A stretch of 44,635 nt of DNA, from assembly GCF_001194135.2 (NCBI RefSeq), contig NC_068987.1:51646567-51691201 (forward strand), written 5' to 3'. Origin of the DNA: Octopus bimaculoides (lineage: Eukaryota). Below are positions 11,764 through 24,104 of this stretch, one piece after another (the first letter of the stretch is position 1; each line of letters begins with the position of its first letter). Made by a program: the position numbers and the translations under genes. Under the pieces are notes generated by a model. The model was not told the origin of the DNA and searched no databases. It saw nothing but the letters and a program-made list of their open reading frames with translations.

Positions 11764-12362
11764 TATACATAAAGATATGTGTATATATGTATGTGGATAA
11801 TATATGTATATATGTGTATATGTGAAAAATATATATATTATTTATTTATTTACCTGTAGTTATATAACTTGTTAAAACTTGGCGCTAACAAGAGTCAAAG
11901 CGTCAAACATTTTCTAGTATCTCGTCTGCGACACGAATGGGGAAATGTGTCATAAATGCGAGCACATTATTCCATATCTTAATACATATATCTACCACAG
12001 TATGTTTACACTACTCTGTATAAACTGTTGGAGCACTACGCAATGGGGAAAATTTCAATTGATCAAAGATATACAAGATTTTCAGTCAAGTGTATTTCGT
12101 TTTGAGGCGTATTAACTCCATGTACAATTCATATTTCCAATTTCTAAGGAAGCGAGGAAAAGAATAACTCTACAGTTAATAACGGTAGTGCAGAAAAAAT
12201 ACCATACTGTTAATAATTGTGATAAATATAGATCTAGCCTTAGTTTGATATATAATTGGGCAACGCACCCCGACATTGCCCAGGCGTATTTTGTGTTCCC
12301 TTCTTATGGGCAGAAACAGCACACGAGGATATTTATAGGTTATTTTCTGATGAAAAATTCAG

Positions 12363-12479
12363 CAGTTTCCGACTAAGTCAGAGGTCTGCGTCAGGCCTAG
12401 AAAACACTTGCTCAGGGTACCATGCAGAGGGACTGAACGTGGAACCATGTGGCTGGGAAGCAAACTTCTCAAGTACACA
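12363..12479 (-). mobile_element. tRNA-derived SINE 5' fragment
   Basis: The minus strand reads ...gaagtttgcttcccagccacatggttccacgttcagtccctctgcatggtaccctgagcaagtgttttct..., homologous to the SINE heads at 39874-40033 and ~39170-39227. Confidence 0.75.
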
Positions 12480-14912
12480 AACATTCTTGCACCTAATATG
12501 TGAGTGTGTGTTTACATTTGTTATTTCATCGTGTATTTTGTACCATTGTGTCTCAAAGTTCACCAAGCAGAGATCTGTAAAATAAATGCTAGATTGAAAT
12601 ACGCACTGAGGTCTGTATGATCAATTAAATTTTTTAAGGTGATACCGCATCATGGTGACAGTCGAAAAACTAAACCCAGTAAAATAACGTTTAAAGAATT
12701 AATGGCTTCGAATTTAAGGAAATGGATTATTAACCACAAGATAATGGGTTCAAAACTTCGTATTCAACTTGCACTCAATAAGATAACACTATATGTACCT
12801 CGCAGTCAATTTGACACCCAACAAATAACAATTGTAATTTGGAGTTGTAATTTGCAGTAACAAACATGTCCAGATTTCTTTAAAAATTATTCTGCAAATT
12901 ATTCTGAGAAAATTATTTTTCACCACAGCAAAACATACACACACAAACACTCACAAAACCGCATGCGCCTGCACACACACACACACGCGCGCACACTTTC
13001 ATCAAAATAAAGACACAGATTNNNNNNNNNNAAAATAAAGACACAGATTTACAGTATGTTCAGTAAAAAAAAAAATGCGATGGAACTGCTACAACAGATT
13101 CTACTCTAGACTAAGCAAAACACAGGCAAACATACTTCACATTAAAACATTTTCAATTAAATAATAGTAATAAAGTTGGCATTATCTTCTACGTTTCATT
13201 CCCTGGTAAAACTCAATGTATTTTAAACATTTTCTCATTATGATCTATCTAAGGCATAAGATTTGTGGAATCCGAGTTGCTTCCTTAAGCTAAAAACCTC
13301 AAAACTGTGCGACCCGAATTCATTTTTGAGGTTATTCGTGTAGTAAAAAAGATATTGTGCAAAAAACTAACTTCATTTGGTAGCTGAAAGGTTACTGAAT
13401 TTTTCGATACCTGACACGTCAAAATCGGCAACTCAGTTTTCGAATACATAAGAACATACGCGCACAGACAAACAGAAACATACGCACAAATACGCACATA
13501 CACACGCAAGCGCGCGCACACAAACCCCACCCCACATACAAACTCCGTATTATTATATCAGATTACTCTTCGATGCAATTTAGTTGTCACGCAACACAAG
13601 CAGGAATATATACAAATAGATGGAATATGAATAACACGTGAAAATCCCTTTAACAAGATTAGGAGAGCTCGTGAATTTTGTGAGGAATATTCCATCGAAA
13701 TAATAATTTCTTTTGTAAAGGTACCTGATATAAAAAAAATATTATTGAGGTTTCATTCAATTGAATCGATGCCAATAGGTCATTAACGAATGACAATTAT
13801 ATTTGCATTTTACAAATCATAAAATCTATATTATGAGTGATGAAATCAATTCAGTTTATTCTTTCTTTAGATTAAAAACCCTCAAAAAGAGTAGTTAAAT
13901 AAAAATTAAAGGTTTATAGACATATTTTTATGTTATCTCCATGTTCTTTATTAAATATGTGACTTCATATGCCATAGCATGAAAACATACAACAACCTTT
14001 AAAAACTTTCCTTTTTCGTGTTTTGATTCTGTGAAAAACTCTTCATAGATCTGTGTCTCACTTAAGTGAAATGCACTGTACAGAATGTATATTTCTAACA
14101 GAAGCATAAAGAAAATCATTGTCACTATGTCATGTTGAGCGATGGCAGCTATCGCAGGAAATATATTATTTGTAACTAATACACCTGTATATAGGCCATG
14201 AATATCAAAACAATATCGTAAGATTCAACGTTAAAAATTTATATGAAATACTGAAATTGTTTAGTAGGCGAGAATTATCAAAATATCAAAATATTAAATT
14301 GAAATATTTCAATTTAATATGAGATTAAATTATTAATAATTTCCTTCCCTGTTTGAGAATATACACGGTAATGTATTTCTCTTTAAGTATCAAAGGTTAT
14401 CACGGAGTAGCTGATTACACGAAGGAGTCAAATATCTGAGATAACAGACTGCATTTTACTACCGTTTGTTCGAAATAATGATCATGTTTTAGTTAACACA
14501 AATTTGATTTGAGTAAATGTAGGTATATACAATCAGAATAAAATCCAGTATGTTAACGGTGTCATATTGACTTACGAAACGGCATATACATATATGATTA
14601 ATTTGTAACAAAAATCATGTTAAAACGTCTTTATTCCAATATGTCGACAACATTTACCTTTACAGTTAAGGATTTTACAAAGATAGATAAATGATTCCAC
14701 CGAACCAGTTTTGTGCTGATCTGTTGTAATTATCCTCGTTGACATGTCTATATTCTGACTCCTTGGCGTAGAATGAATAAATGAAAATAATACCCAGTCA
14801 CATATGTGTTTCTTAAACGTGTAATTTGTTCTATTTTTATGCTAATATATCAATTAAATTAACAACAAATAGCTAATTTGACATGTGAGGTTGTGTTGTA
14901 ACATAATTTGTT

Positions 14913-15446
14913 ACGTGCAATAAATATAACCAGACAACAGGAAAAACAATGTAACAAACTAACAAATCTCTTTACGAATCAGCATTCAATATTCCATATA
15001 AAATAACCAATCGACACCTTCCAACTTCACTGCGAACAAACACGAACTTCTCTCTACTCAGAAATTTGAACTTTTGAACTTCCTCGGATGGTTACTATAT
15101 ATACTTTACTCGGACCGGTCTATATCTCGCAAGGAGACGTCATAACGCTCATTACAACATCTCTCCTTTTGAGATTTCGTCTACTGTGAGGAAGTGGAAT
15201 TTTTTTTATTTTCATTGTTTTCTCTCCAACATCTTTTCCTCCTTTTTTAGCTGTTGTACCTTAAATGTTGCCCGACATTTAAGTTAGTATTGTTCGTTGC
15301 ACGCGGCACTTTTTCTTTTCGTTGTGAACTAACGACAGACAGATGCTACATCGTAATTTGCAACGTACAATAAATAAGATAACGAGACAACCGTAAAAAC
15401 AATGTAAATAACTAACAAATCTCTTTACGAACCAACGATTAAATAC
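14913..15446 (+). repeat. Diverged ~80-bp direct repeat pair (14913-14992 and 15363-15446)
   Basis: The copies share acgt(g/a)caataaata, aaaaacaatgtaa and an exact 21-mer actaacaaatctctttacgaa, with a 450-bp offset. Confidence 0.8.
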
Positions 15447-16509
15447 TATGCGCCGTTCACTGGTTCAGCGTAGTCGATATGTATCATGGACCGTTGTGCA
15501 TAGACCTAGTTTCTCCGAGAGTACTTGCAGAATTAAAAAAAAAAAATTCCATTTAACTCTTCAGACCAATTATTTTTAGAGGGAAAATCATTTAAGTTTT
15601 TACAATAGAGATTTATGGGAAGGTCCCATAAATCAAATAATTCTAACTAATCGAGACCCGACAGACCGGTTGCATTTTTAATGACGAAGACTTTAACCTT
15701 GCATGTTTTCCTTCGGAATGTGACATTAGTTTAAATTTCACCTATGAAATGTAATTTGTCACGTGTCACCCTACGAGCAGATTTCGCTATTTTTCTCAAC
15801 ATAGGTTTCCCTATTTTCTTCTGTATGTTCATATCTATTATTGAAATATCCCTTGCACTATCCATATGAAATTTAATATGCATTCCCTTTGTTTTTACGC
15901 ATAAGAATTGTAAGAATTTTCTTATTTGGGGCTCAAATTTCATTTCTGCTGAGAGCGCTCGGGGATTTTTAACGTTTGACATTCGTAATTTTGTTCTGCT
16001 GTGTGAACTCTTGCGACCAGTTCTTTTGCAACTCTAACATTTACTCGAAATAGCAGTCGATAATATACGACGCTATAGCAAAGCATCACTGTATATANNN
16101 NNNNNNNNNNATATATATATATATATATATATACTGGTAAAATGTTATCGGGCGGTGAGCATCAAACATGTTGATCTTACCTCTAGGAAGAACATTAAAT
16201 GTGCACCCATATGTGGATAATCTAGGACCTAGGATATGAAATTTCCAAATTATGTTTGTCAACGTAAATTTAATCAGTCCTCACCGCCTATATTTACCTC
16301 AATAAAATCTCATATGTCACTACATCAATACCAGTTACACTATTTAATAATTTTTTCTTTGAATTCATACATACATACATTCATACATACATACATGCAT
16401 ACATATATACAGACATATGCATATGTGTGTGTGTATTCTACGATATAAATAAGATGATATGTTTACGGACGCAAAATTGCAAATAAAACAGCAGAATTAC
16501 TGGAAATTA

Positions 16510-17580
16510 CTCTTACAAGTCTGAGAAACCAGCCTATTTATATTGTAGAATACAAGTTTTCGACGCTTCTAATAAACAACAAATATCAGTCTGTTTACGT
16601 TGATACATACATGGTAATTCTATAATTAAAAACAATTTATACAAATCGTTTAAAAGATATGGTCAGTGTATTACTATCAAGAGAGATAATAACTCATAAA
16701 TTTTTTTGAATGCTAACTTTATTTTAGCAACTGCTTTACATGAACCTTTTACAAAACCCAACTGCAACTTAAGATACATAAATCGATAAAAAGTCACATT
16801 AGTAAAGAAATAAATTATCTATCTTCCAATGAAGATGTATTCAATAAACATGCTCAACACTAAAATATAGCCTTATTTAACGCTGGATATAAAAATAAAA
16901 TACGATATTGCAAACGTAATAGTATTAATGATATGAACATAACTAAATACAAGCTAAAAAATAAAACTGATAACATTTATAATTCCGTAAATAATAAACA
17001 GAATACATATGAAAATGAAATAGATATTGGTAATAAACATGACATCATTGCAAACAAAATTAATATCTCTAAACATAAAGATGGAAAAAACTAATACTAC
17101 ATCAAATAATAAACCTAAGATATAGATAATAACAAATTAATTCATAATAAATACTATGATAATCAAACAGTTAATAAGAATTGCGTACGCACTAACTCAA
17201 TTAAAAATAAGAAATCTAAAACAGATTATAATACACCTATAATTAATAATAACACTGATAAATCGACTAAAATTTGGCTTATTATTCCATATGAAATAAA
17301 ATTAAAGACAATATAATTAAATCAATATTCAAGATTATTCATAACACGTTAATAATGCTAATAAGTGATTTAATGAAATAATTAAATATAAAACCATTAA
17401 TATTGGATTTAACCTAACCCATAACTTATTTACTATTATATCTTCCATGAATAATACGAAACTAGATAAATTTTACTTAAATAGAAACACCCATAATAAT
17501 AACTAGATTACCCCTCCCCCGAGCTTAATGCACCCCTCACTAATTCTAATAAACCTTGTAATTGTACTGATATATCTCCT
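16510..17580 (+). mobile_element. Penelope-like element (Neptune-type): RT C-terminus/thumb, Asn-rich linker and start of the endonuclease region, decayed
   Basis: FKRYGQCITI, HEPFTKPNCNLRYIN, ISKEINYLSSNEDVFNKHAQH*NIALFNAGYKNKIRY, EIIKYKTINIGFNLTHNLFTIISSMNNTKL, NKPCNC. Confidence 0.65.
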
Positions 17581-17619
17581 AAGAATATAAACATAAAAAA
17601 TAATACAAAAACCACTAGC

Positions 17620-18860
17620 GATATTCCCACTTCTAAAACACTTCAAACATATAATAGCACATATAATGATTGATTATTTATTTAAGAAGTCATGTAAAAG
17701 GAAAAAAAATGTAATATACCAATGTATAGTCTACTTGACTTCGATGACACTATTTACAAACAAATATCTGTGGCTGCGACAAAAGCTGGTTAATGATAAT
17801 ATTTACAAACAAACATCTACGGCTGCAATAAATGTTGCTCCGACTTACGCCAATCTAGTCACGGCATAGACAATAATATCAACTTCACCATGGAATGCAG
17901 TAAAATTCAGGTACCATTCCTGAATATATTAATCATCAAAATAGATAAAAAGCATTGAAACAGAGATTCACTACAAACAAATTCGAAACAACACCTACTA
18001 TTCTCCTCATGCCACCCTAAACATACGAAAAATAATATTCGCTTTAATCTACCAAGAAGAACCAGCACAATTTTCTTAAACTATGTAAGTCACAATAGAT
18101 AACTCCGGGACTTAATAGACGACTCCAAGAATTAATAGATGACTCCGGGAATTAAAATAAATACTATTTAATGGACTATAAGCCTTAATGCTAATAGACA
18201 ACGGTATACAACTGCCAAAAGAGATATTCAAGAACTACGTAAAACGAAGAAACCTCCAGATACATGCAATACTGTACACAACCTAGCACACAACCTAAAA
18301 ACACAGAAGCTTGCAACATTATCCATCAGAACATTCAGCTACTAAAACAAGACCCAAAAATGAAACAGGCATTCGAAATACACACAATAATCAAAAGCAG
18401 AAGAGAATGGATGTCTATCCAAAATTTCCTCACCAGCGCTTACTACCTTCCACAATTCCGACCCTAACAGCGAAAGAGTATTGCTGACCCAGTTGCTGGA
18501 CTTGTACCAACCTTATTGACGACGCAACACAAATTCAAATACGGACGAATTGTTATCATGAAAAAATCATTTTATATGTTCATCAGAGAATTTAATATAC
18601 GCTATTCAATGTCAAAGACGTAACGAAGATTACGCAGGTCAAACAAAGCGTACTCTCAGAAATAGACTGACCATCCTCCGAGAACAAATATGAAAATCCA
18701 GTACTAGACAGATTCCACTAAGTAGACATTTAGAGATATGTGCGAAAAGTAAGTTCCTCAAATACCAGGTCATCAAATTCTAAATTGATTAGTGAATACC
18801 ACAAACGAAGCACGAATAAGCAGCGAAAACACATTCATCCAAAAATACAAACAAGTACTT
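17620..18860 (+). mobile_element. Penelope-like element (Penelope/Poseidon-type): RT, thumb and GIY-YIG, decayed
   Basis: DFDDTIYKQIS, NVAPTYANLV, NINFTMECSKIQVPFLNILI, HLLFSSCHPKHTKNNIRFNLPRR, LIYAIQCQRRNEDYAGQTKRTLRNRLTILREQI (18591-18690). Confidence 0.8.
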
Positions 18861-20005
18861 AACAAACTTTAATAGAGAACATACGTAAATATCTATTCAT
18901 ACACAAAATTCATTCTGTCATTTAACATGAGGAATCTACACAGCTAATAGCCTAAACTTTACACACTGGACTACATACAAACGACAACTCTCCACTCTCC
19001 TACCTGGCATATTAAATTCAGATTATCTTGACTTTAACTAAACATGTTCACTCAAAGTTTTCGGGCTTAACTTTAGTGCAAAATATGCTATCAGGTGATA
19101 ATATCGCATGGACCTAGCGGGAAACATACAAAAGATTCTTAACTTAATCACCCGATCATTCTCTACAGCACTTGACAGAAAACATTCATAGCATTCATTG
19201 ATTGGTACTGTCACTAGCCATGTTCACTCAACCGTGCCAGCCTTAACTTACGACGCCAAACACAAACACAAGGACGTAGATGGGGACACGAGAAAATTTC
19301 TAAAACCAGTCATGTGACTACCCTATGCACATCAATTTCTATCAAGAACATAAAAAATACGAGAAGCTCCGAGAACTTGTCAGAAGCAAGACAGATGCGA
19401 CGGCATAACCCACGTCTTTTGTAAATCAGTGTTCACTGTGAAGGCGGTCAAATCAATCATAAAATATAATTACGAAAATTAACTATTCCCAGTGTATTTC
19501 AATTATTTTTTTGTATCTCTATCCCCGTGGAACAAACTAACTTTGTTTATTATACATTGTATATATATATAAATGGAAGTGGAGAGACAAGTTACTGAAG
19601 AGATTGCAAGAGTGCAATGAAATAATTTAACAAAAAAACTATATAAATTAATAAAGGACTGAACCTGTGCGTGTGTTTATTACCGGCATAATGCCTCTCC
19701 CAAGGTTTAATTATATTTCTTTCAACACACGNNNNNNNNNNGTATATTCATGTACATAAGTATATATATATATACACATATGTGTAGATGTACATTTACA
19801 CAGATATACACATGTGATGTGTGTGTGTGTACATTCATATATATGTATGCGTGCACACACACACACACATATGTATATGTATACAGATAGATAAATGGTC
19901 GCACTCAATAATATATATTATATATCTATATCTATGAATCTCCCAAAATGTATATAGTTGTAGATAGAGTTGCATAAGTATATATGAATTTTGATAAACG
20001 TATTT

Positions 20006-21226
20006 ATGTAGTTTATAAAGTCAATACAGGTTTCAGAGACAACCAACCTCTCTCTGTATGCGTAAGTGTGGAAGATTGTGTGGTGAGTGCATTTGTATGT
20101 GAACGTCTGTTTCGGAGCAATTATTGAAGTATTTATTTATTAACTATAGAATTAAAACAGAACTGCAGGAAATGTATACACACACACATGTATATACAAA
20201 CATATATGTGTATATATATATATATATNNNNNNNNNNNNNNNNNNNNNNNNNNNNNNNNNNNNNNNNNNNNNNNNNNNNNNNNNNNNNNNNNNNNNNNNN
20301 NNNNNNNNNNNNNNNNNNNNNNNNNNNNNNNNNNNNNNNNNNNNNNNNNNNNNNNNNNNNNNNNNNNNNNNNNNNNNNNNNNNNNNNNNNNNNNNNNNNN
20401 NNNNNNNNNNNNNNNNNNNNNNNNNNNNNNNNNNNNNNNNNNNNNNNNNNNNNNNNNNNNNNNNNNNNNNNNNNNNNNNNNNNNNNNNNNNNNNNNNNNN
20501 NNNNNNNNNNNNNNNNNNNNNNNNNNNNNNNNNNNNNNNNNNNNNNNNNNNNNNNNNNNNNNNNNNNNNNNNNNNNNNNNNNNNNNNNNNNNNNNNNNNN
20601 NNNNNNNNNNNNNNNNNNNNNNNNNNNNNNNNNNNNNNNNNNNNNNNNNNNNNNNNNNNNNNNNNNNNNNNNNNNNNNNNNNNNNNNNNNNNNNNNNNNN
20701 NNNNNNNNNNNNNNNNNNNNNNNNNNNNNNNNNNNNNNNNNNNNNNNNNNNNNNNNNNNNNNNNNNNNNNNNNNNNNNNNNNNNNNNNNNNNNNNNNNNN
20801 NNNNNNNNNNNNNNNNNNNNNNNNNNNNNNNNNNNNNNNNNNNNNNNNNNNNNNNNNNNNNAAACAATGATGTATGAATCCTTAGAAATTTCTGTGCTGA
20901 AATTACAAGCAAAAATATAAGTAAGGAAAGAGATATTATATTTATAGAAGATTAAGAAACGAAATATAGACATATAATAAAGGAAACTTGTTGTAGAAAT
21001 CCCTATTGAATTCTTTGCAATTTGAATAATTTGAACCTTACTTGATACAATAAAATCATTTATTAATATATGCAAACATAAAGAATAGCAAAAGAGTTTA
21101 AAATATGTAATGGTTCTTATAAGCTGCAATTCGGAGAAATGAATTGTGCAAAATGTGATACAATCGTTGGTAACGTTGATTTAATGCCATACATTTGTGC
21201 AGAGAATATAATTTTCCACACACACA

Positions 21227-21257
<31 letters not shown>

Positions 21258-23208
21258 CCACACACACACGCACACACACACACACAAACATATTTACATA
21301 CGTATACATACAGACAAATACATATACCTGTATGTACATATATGTTGTATTCTTTTCTCCCCCACACATATATTCCTATTATATATACATCACTAGGTAA
21401 GCATATTAATCGTTATTGCGAAGCTAACATGGTAGTCCAGAAAAATAACACGAATGCTGCCATTGCTTAGCTCGAAGAGGTCATCGCCTCTACCTAGCTA
21501 TGTGACACACGAAGCTGTGTCCATTATAACCTTCGAACAAGGGAGGTCAGCCGCTTCCCCTTCTTTGTCTGGCATCTACAGACTTGTTTCAGGTTATTTG
21601 CCCCTTATCAATGCAGTTTATAAAGTCAATACAAGTTTCACAGACAACCAACCTTTGTGCGTAAGTGTGTAAGATTGTGTGGTGAGCGTGTTTGTTTATT
21701 AACTATAGAATTAAAACAAGACTGCAGGAAATGCATACACACACATATGTATATACAAACATATATGTATATATATGCATATACATGTATATATATATAT
21801 ATCGATATACATATATATATACATATACATGCATATATATATTTATATATATGCATGACTATGTATAACAATGCATATATACATACATATATAAATATAT
21901 ATGCATGTATATATACAAGCATATATATATATATGTATATATACATATATATACATATACATGTACATATGCGCTCATATTTACACTCTCACCTACACAC
22001 ACGCGTACATACATACGCACACACACACACATATATATTTATATATGACTATATATATANNNNNNNNNNNNNNNNNNNNNNNNNNNNNNNNNNNNNNNNN
22101 NNNNNNNNNNNNNNNNNNNNNNNNNNNNNNNNNNNNNNNNNNNNNNNNNNNNNNNNNNNNNNNNNNNNNNNNNNNNNNNNNNNNNNNNNNNNNNNNNNNN
22201 NNNNNNNNNNNNNNNNNNNNNNNNNNNNNNNNNNNNNNNNNNNNNNNNNNNNNNNNNNNNNNNNNNNNNNNNNNNNNNNNNNNNNNNNNNNNNNNNNNNN
22301 NNNNNNNNNNNNNNNNNNNNNNNNNNNNNNNNNNNNNNNNNNNNNNNNNNNNNNNNNNNNNNNNNNNNNNNNNNNNNNNNNNNNNNNNNNNNNNNNNNNN
22401 NNNNNNNNNNNNNNNNNNNNNNNNNNNNNTACACATTACAGGAGGTTTCCGATATCGTATAAAGGTATATAAAACAAATAGCAATCATATATAAATCCTT
22501 ACAAATTTCTGTGCTGCATTTGAAGTAAAAATATAAATAAGGAATAAGATATTATATTTATAGAAGATTAAGAAACGAATTATAGACATACAATAAATGA
22601 AACGTGTTCTAGAAATCCCTATTGAATTCTTTGCAATTTGAATAATTTGAACCTTACTTGCGACGATAAAATCATATAATAATATATGCAATCATAAAGA
22701 ATACCAAAAGAGATTAAAATATATAATGGTTCTTATAAACTGCAATTCAGAGAAATGAATGGTACAAACTGTGATACAATCGTTGGTAACCTTGATTTAA
22801 TGCCATACGATTGCGCATAGAATATAATTTTCCACACACAGACAGACACACACACACACATACACACACACACGCACAGAAACATATGTACATACGTATA
22901 CATACAGACAAATACATATACCTGTATGTACATATATGTTGTATTCTTCCCCCCCCCCCACATATTCCTATTATATATGAATCAGTATATAAGCATATTA
23001 ATAGTTATAACGAAGCTAACATGGCAGTCGAGAAAAATAGGACGAATACTGCCGTTGCTTAGCGCGAAGAGGCCATCGCCTCTACCTAGCTATGTGACAC
23101 ACGAACCTGTGTTCATTATAACCTTCGACCAGGGAAGGTCAGCCGCTTCCCCTTGCTAGTCTAGCATCTACAGAATAGCTTCAGGTTATTTGCCCCTTAT
23201 CAATGTAG
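20006..23208 (+). repeat. Diverged ~1.6-kb tandem duplication (20006-21610 and 21611-23208)
   Basis: 20012-20220 matches 21617-21775, 20875-21410 matches 22490-23005, and 21410-21613 matches 23000-23205. There are many substitutions, so this is not a simple assembly duplicate. Confidence 0.9.
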
Positions 23209-23716
23209 AGCAGAAGAACCAAGCAGGAATCGCTACTGACCGAGTCTGCGAAGGATTATTTACCTAAATTCCGTGGAATACGTCCACTGGTTTTCAAAAA
23301 TAGAAATATTAATATTTCTAAATCTCTCTAAAGGATACTACGGCAGGCGTACTGGATATTAATAGTTATCGCCAAGCTAACATGGCAGTCCAGAAAAATT
23401 GAAGGAATGCTGCCGTTGCTTAGCTCCAAGAGGACATCGCCTCTAGCTTGCTATGTGAACACGAAACTGTGTCCATCATAACTTTCGAACAAGGGAGGTC
23501 AGCCGCTTCCCCTTGCTTGTCTGGCATCTACAGACTATTTTCAGGGTATTTGCCCCTTATCAGTGTAGAGCAGCTGAACCAAGCAGGTGTCGCTACTGAC
23601 CGTGTTTTCGAATGATTATTTGAGTAAATTCAGAGAAAATCCAGTGGTTTTCAAAAACAGAAATATTAATCTGTCTAAATCTTCCTAAAGGATCCTACGG
23701 CAGCGGTATTGGATAT
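22995..23716 (+). repeat. ~361-bp diverged tandem duplication (hairpin module + left part of the MITE)
   Basis: atattaatagttat occurs at 22995 and 23356. The units are collinear through to ...aaggat(a/c)ctacggcag...tggatat. Confidence 0.9.
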
Positions 23717-23798
23717 GTATTCCATTGAATTTAGGTAAATAATCCTTCGAACACACGGTCAGTTTGCGACGCCTGCTTGCTTGGGGTGCTCTACATTG
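23561..23798. mobile_element. MITE-like element of 238 bp with ~80-bp imperfect terminal inverted repeats; a truncated duplicate lies at 23201-23355
   Basis: Left end CAGTGTAGAGCA..CAAGCAGG..ACTGACCGTGTTTTCGAATGATTATTT; right end (reverse complement) CAATGTAGAGCA..CAAGCAGG..ACTGACCGTGTGTTCGAAGGATTATTTACCTAAATTC. No clear TSD. Confidence 0.65.
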
Positions 23799-24020
23799 AA
23801 TAGAATACAGTAATACAGTAATAAATAAGTAAAAAAAGAAAATGACGTAATTTTCTCAAGTTGCACACATTTTCATTTATAAAGTGAACAAGTGGATACC
23901 AGTAAGGATATGAAATAAGGATAAACCTGTTATAGGCTTTTTTGTGAGACGGGGGGAGAGCGGGAGAGAGAGGGAGAGAGAGAGTATATGTATATATATA
24001 TATCTATCTATCAATCTATC

Positions 24021-24104
<84 letters not shown>

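Noticed and set aside
13003-13049. Exact repeat aaaataaagacacagatt on both sides of a 10-N gap, as at 980-989
   Set aside because: This is typical of an unmerged contig overlap, not a biological duplication.
15550-16030. Possible DNA-transposon or Helitron remnant
   Set aside because: No TIR pair, TSD or convincing 3' hairpin-CTAG could be established by eye.
21454-21672. ORF MLPLLSSKRSSPLPSYVTHE.. as a repeated coding exon
   Set aside because: The frame is broken by a stop in copy 2 and a 1-nt deletion in copy 3, and there is no recognisable product.
21396-23716. The repeated module as a CRISPR array, spliced-leader RNA or U1 snRNA
   Set aside because: The units are long, whole-length duplicates with no unique spacers or cas genes. 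The GTAAGC donor-like site at 21397 occurs in only one copy, and the Sm-like U tract is on the opposite strand and in the wrong order for U1.
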